From Macrostomum hystrix (lineage: Eukaryota; Animalia; Platyhelminthes), in the NCBI GenBank assembly GCA_950097015.1, contig CATNEN010000038.1, forward strand, positions 15,934,001-15,998,000: 64,000 nucleotides of DNA. Direction: 5' to 3'. Shown here in pieces: positions 61,415 through 64,000 of the stretch; within the stretch, counting starts at the first letter, position 1, and each line of letters opens with the position of its first letter. The notes beneath the pieces were generated by a model. It ran no database searches and was not told where the DNA came from. It was given only the letters and a program-made list of their open reading frames with translations. The position numbers were made by a program, and so were the translations under genes.

Positions 61415-62160
61415 CAAACCCTCCCTGCCAATCCCAAACCCTCCCTGCCAATCCCAAACCCTCCCTGCCAATCCCAAACCCTCCCTGCCAATCCCAAACC
61501 CTCCTGCCAATCCCAAACCCTCCCTGCCAATCCCAAACCCTCCCTGCCAATCCCAAACCCTCCCTGCCAATCCCAAACCCTCCCTGCCAATCCCAAACCC
61601 TCCTGCCAATCCCAAACCCTCCTTGGCAATCCCAAACCCTCCTTGCCAATTCCAAACCCTCCCTGCCAATCCCAAACCCTCCTTGCCAATTCCAAACCCT
61701 CCCTGCCAATCCCAAACCCTCCTTGCCAATTCCAAACCCTCCCTGCCAATTCCAAACCCTCCCTGCGCATCCCAAACCCTACCTGCCAATCCCAAACCCT
61801 CCCTGCGCATCCCAAACCCTCCCTGCGCATCCCAAACCCTACCTGCCAATCCCAAACCCTCCTTGCGCATCCCAAACCCTCCCTGCCAAACCCAAACCCT
61901 CCCTGTCCATCCCAAACCCTCCCTGCCAAACCCAAACCCTCCCTGCCCATCCCAAACCCTCCCTGTCCATCCCAAACCCTCCCTGCCAAACCCAAACCCT
62001 CCCTGCCCATCCCAAACCCTCCCTGCCCATCCCAAACCCTCCCTGCGCATCCCAAACCCTCCCTGCGCATCCCAAACCCTCCCTGCCAATCCCAAACCCT
62101 CCCTGCCAATCCCAAACCCTCCCTGCGCATCCCAAACCCTCCCTTCGCATCCCAAACCCG
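61415..62160. repeat. 20-bp C-rich minisatellite
   Basis: CCAAACCCTCCCTGCCAATC, about 37 copies. Confidence 0.97.
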
Positions 62161-64000
62161 GCAAACCCTCATTTATCTACCCTAAATTTGTATTTTCTTT
62201 TCCAAGCTTTCTGGCTATATATAAGTTAAATAGCCTCTTCTTTCCTAATTCTTACTCTGTCTAAATGCAAGCTCACACTCACTGTCTTTGTGAGGTATTT
62301 GAGCAGAAGCATTTATGCATAAAGCTGTCATTATATTTTCGGTCAGAACATCAAATTTAATTATTTCAAAATTCCAGGAATGGTTCCAAAAAAATTAGAT
62401 TGTGGTTTAGAAAAAAATTTCTAAAATTGTTCATTCGATTTGCAGAATAATTAATATAGCCTCAACCCTGTCTCTCTGTCTGGCCCATACTTATGTATTT
62501 ATCACTGTACATGTGTTAAGATTTAAAATTCTATTAAAAGAATTCACCAGTTATATTAAGCAATCCAGCCCAATAGAGAGAATATAATTTTGAAATATTT
62601 AGAACAGAAGCCTCAAATTTATGTGTACTGTGCGGTGTTAAGTATATATTTCTAGGGCACAACAATATGAGTGCGCCATCATTTTTTAAGCCGCCAAGCA
62701 AGTGTCACACAACCGACCTATAATTTGATGCCCTAGCTGTTTCCTAGTTCCTGAGTGCAACTATTTTTTTTTCTACTTGTTCTCTGCCGCAGCAGTGGAA
62801 CGGATATGTCACACGTCACATATTATAACAAGCTTATCTGAGAAGTGAGCACCACTCGGCGTAAACATCCGTCTCACAATTTGTTTAAAATAGAAATCAT
62901 AACCAATTGTAGATCGGCGGCGCTACCGCGTGAGTCATTCCTGTATCACATGATAACCACTTGATAAATGACCTTGAAGCTAAAAATAGCTTTAATGTTT
63001 ACGCGACATAATATAAATAAAAATTGGGCGCGGACAAATGACGAGTTAAATTGTCACTTTTTAGAACTCCGAACGAGATTGGACATTTCGTGTGTTGTGC
63101 TTTTGATAGGGCCTATTGCGATAATGCACTACACGATTTCGTTCTGCCTATATTTTGCTATATTCAAACTGATGCTATTGTATATATACACTCATTACTG
63201 CTGCTGCTGCTGCTGATGCTGCACTCAGGAATACTTTCTGTATGCGACGTTTCTCTATTATACTCGTAAATAATGAAAAAATCTTTGAAGAGTGAAAAAA
63301 TCATCGATACAGGAGGGCAAGGGCACTGCGTGTGAGTACTGACATTTTGAAAGCTCCCCTGCCTTCCACGAAGGAATCTAAAACGCTTTAATTTTCTATT
63401 TTAGGCTTTAGATCGTTTCACAATAGACCAGCTGGCAAATGAATTTTATAAACCACACTATGTTAAAAAGCCATGCAACTATATTTATAAGCATTTACCT
63501 TTTCAAAGTCAGCGAAATAAATTGCACAATGCAGACCTCATACGCTCGTGTTAATAATGTCGGAATTTTTTTAAAAAAAATCGTCAAAGTACCTCCCTAT
63601 ATGTAACCTTAGAGAGTAAACAGTTATTATTTAAGCTGTTAAGCTGTTTGTTGTCGCCCGATTGTCATGGAAACTCTAGACTTGATTTTAATTTTTTTTC
63701 TGCTTATTTGACCAATTTTGTTGCCGCGAACCGGAATTTTAGTTCTATGGACTTTTGGAGCTTTGGGATTTATTTACATTAGATGTCAGAGACTTGGATG
63801 TCAGAGACTTGGATGTCAGAGACTTTAGAATTTCAGAGACATTTGATTTTTCAGAGGTGTGGATTTTTAATTTTCGAGATTTAGGAGAATAAATATATAA
63901 AATAGGTAAAAAACGTTTCTGTCTAGAAAATATTATGAATACAATTGAATCAACTTTTCAGAATATTTTTTCATTTTTCGTTTTGTGACGGCTTGCTTTA

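Noticed and set aside
17918-62160. Tandem arrays of 20-49 bp resembling CRISPR repeats
   Set aside because: Units are head-to-tail with no unique spacers, there are no cas genes, and the context is eukaryotic.
59142-62264. Pro-rich and Gly/Trp-rich ORFs at 59294-59767 and 61338-62264
   Set aside because: Translations of 20-bp minisatellites in several frames.

Overview
Eukaryotic (animal) genomic DNA. GC-rich poly-Q/A/S exons, AT-rich spacers and a private minisatellite in almost every large intron point to a free-living flatworm such as Macrostomum; this is an inference only. The left part holds an intact, apparently very young 8.75-kb Ty3/Gypsy LTR retrotransposon (3886-12631). It has 755-bp LTRs, a CTAT target-site duplication, a tRNA-Leu-like PBS, and gag and pol joined by a G_GGA_AAC -1 frameshift with a predicted pseudoknot. 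It also has three unusual traits: a third, non-env ORF with its own CCAAT/TATA promoter, two exact internal copies of its polypurine tract, and a ghost copy of the LTR-end/PBS junction inside the LTR. The rest holds spliced host genes reconstructed by hand: GTPBP2 (+), profilin (+), a 7-exon stand-alone Trl1/Rnl1-type ATP-dependent RNA ligase (-), ATG13 (-), a TIA-1/TIAR-like RRM protein (-), a BRD4-like BET protein (+), a G2E3/PHF7-like PHD protein with no in-frame ATG at its first recognisable exon (+), and a single-pass membrane ORF (+). Also present are tRNA-derived SINEs, MITE-like foldbacks, a deleted Tc1 element and about a dozen minisatellite arrays. All calls were made by eye; no database searches were run.
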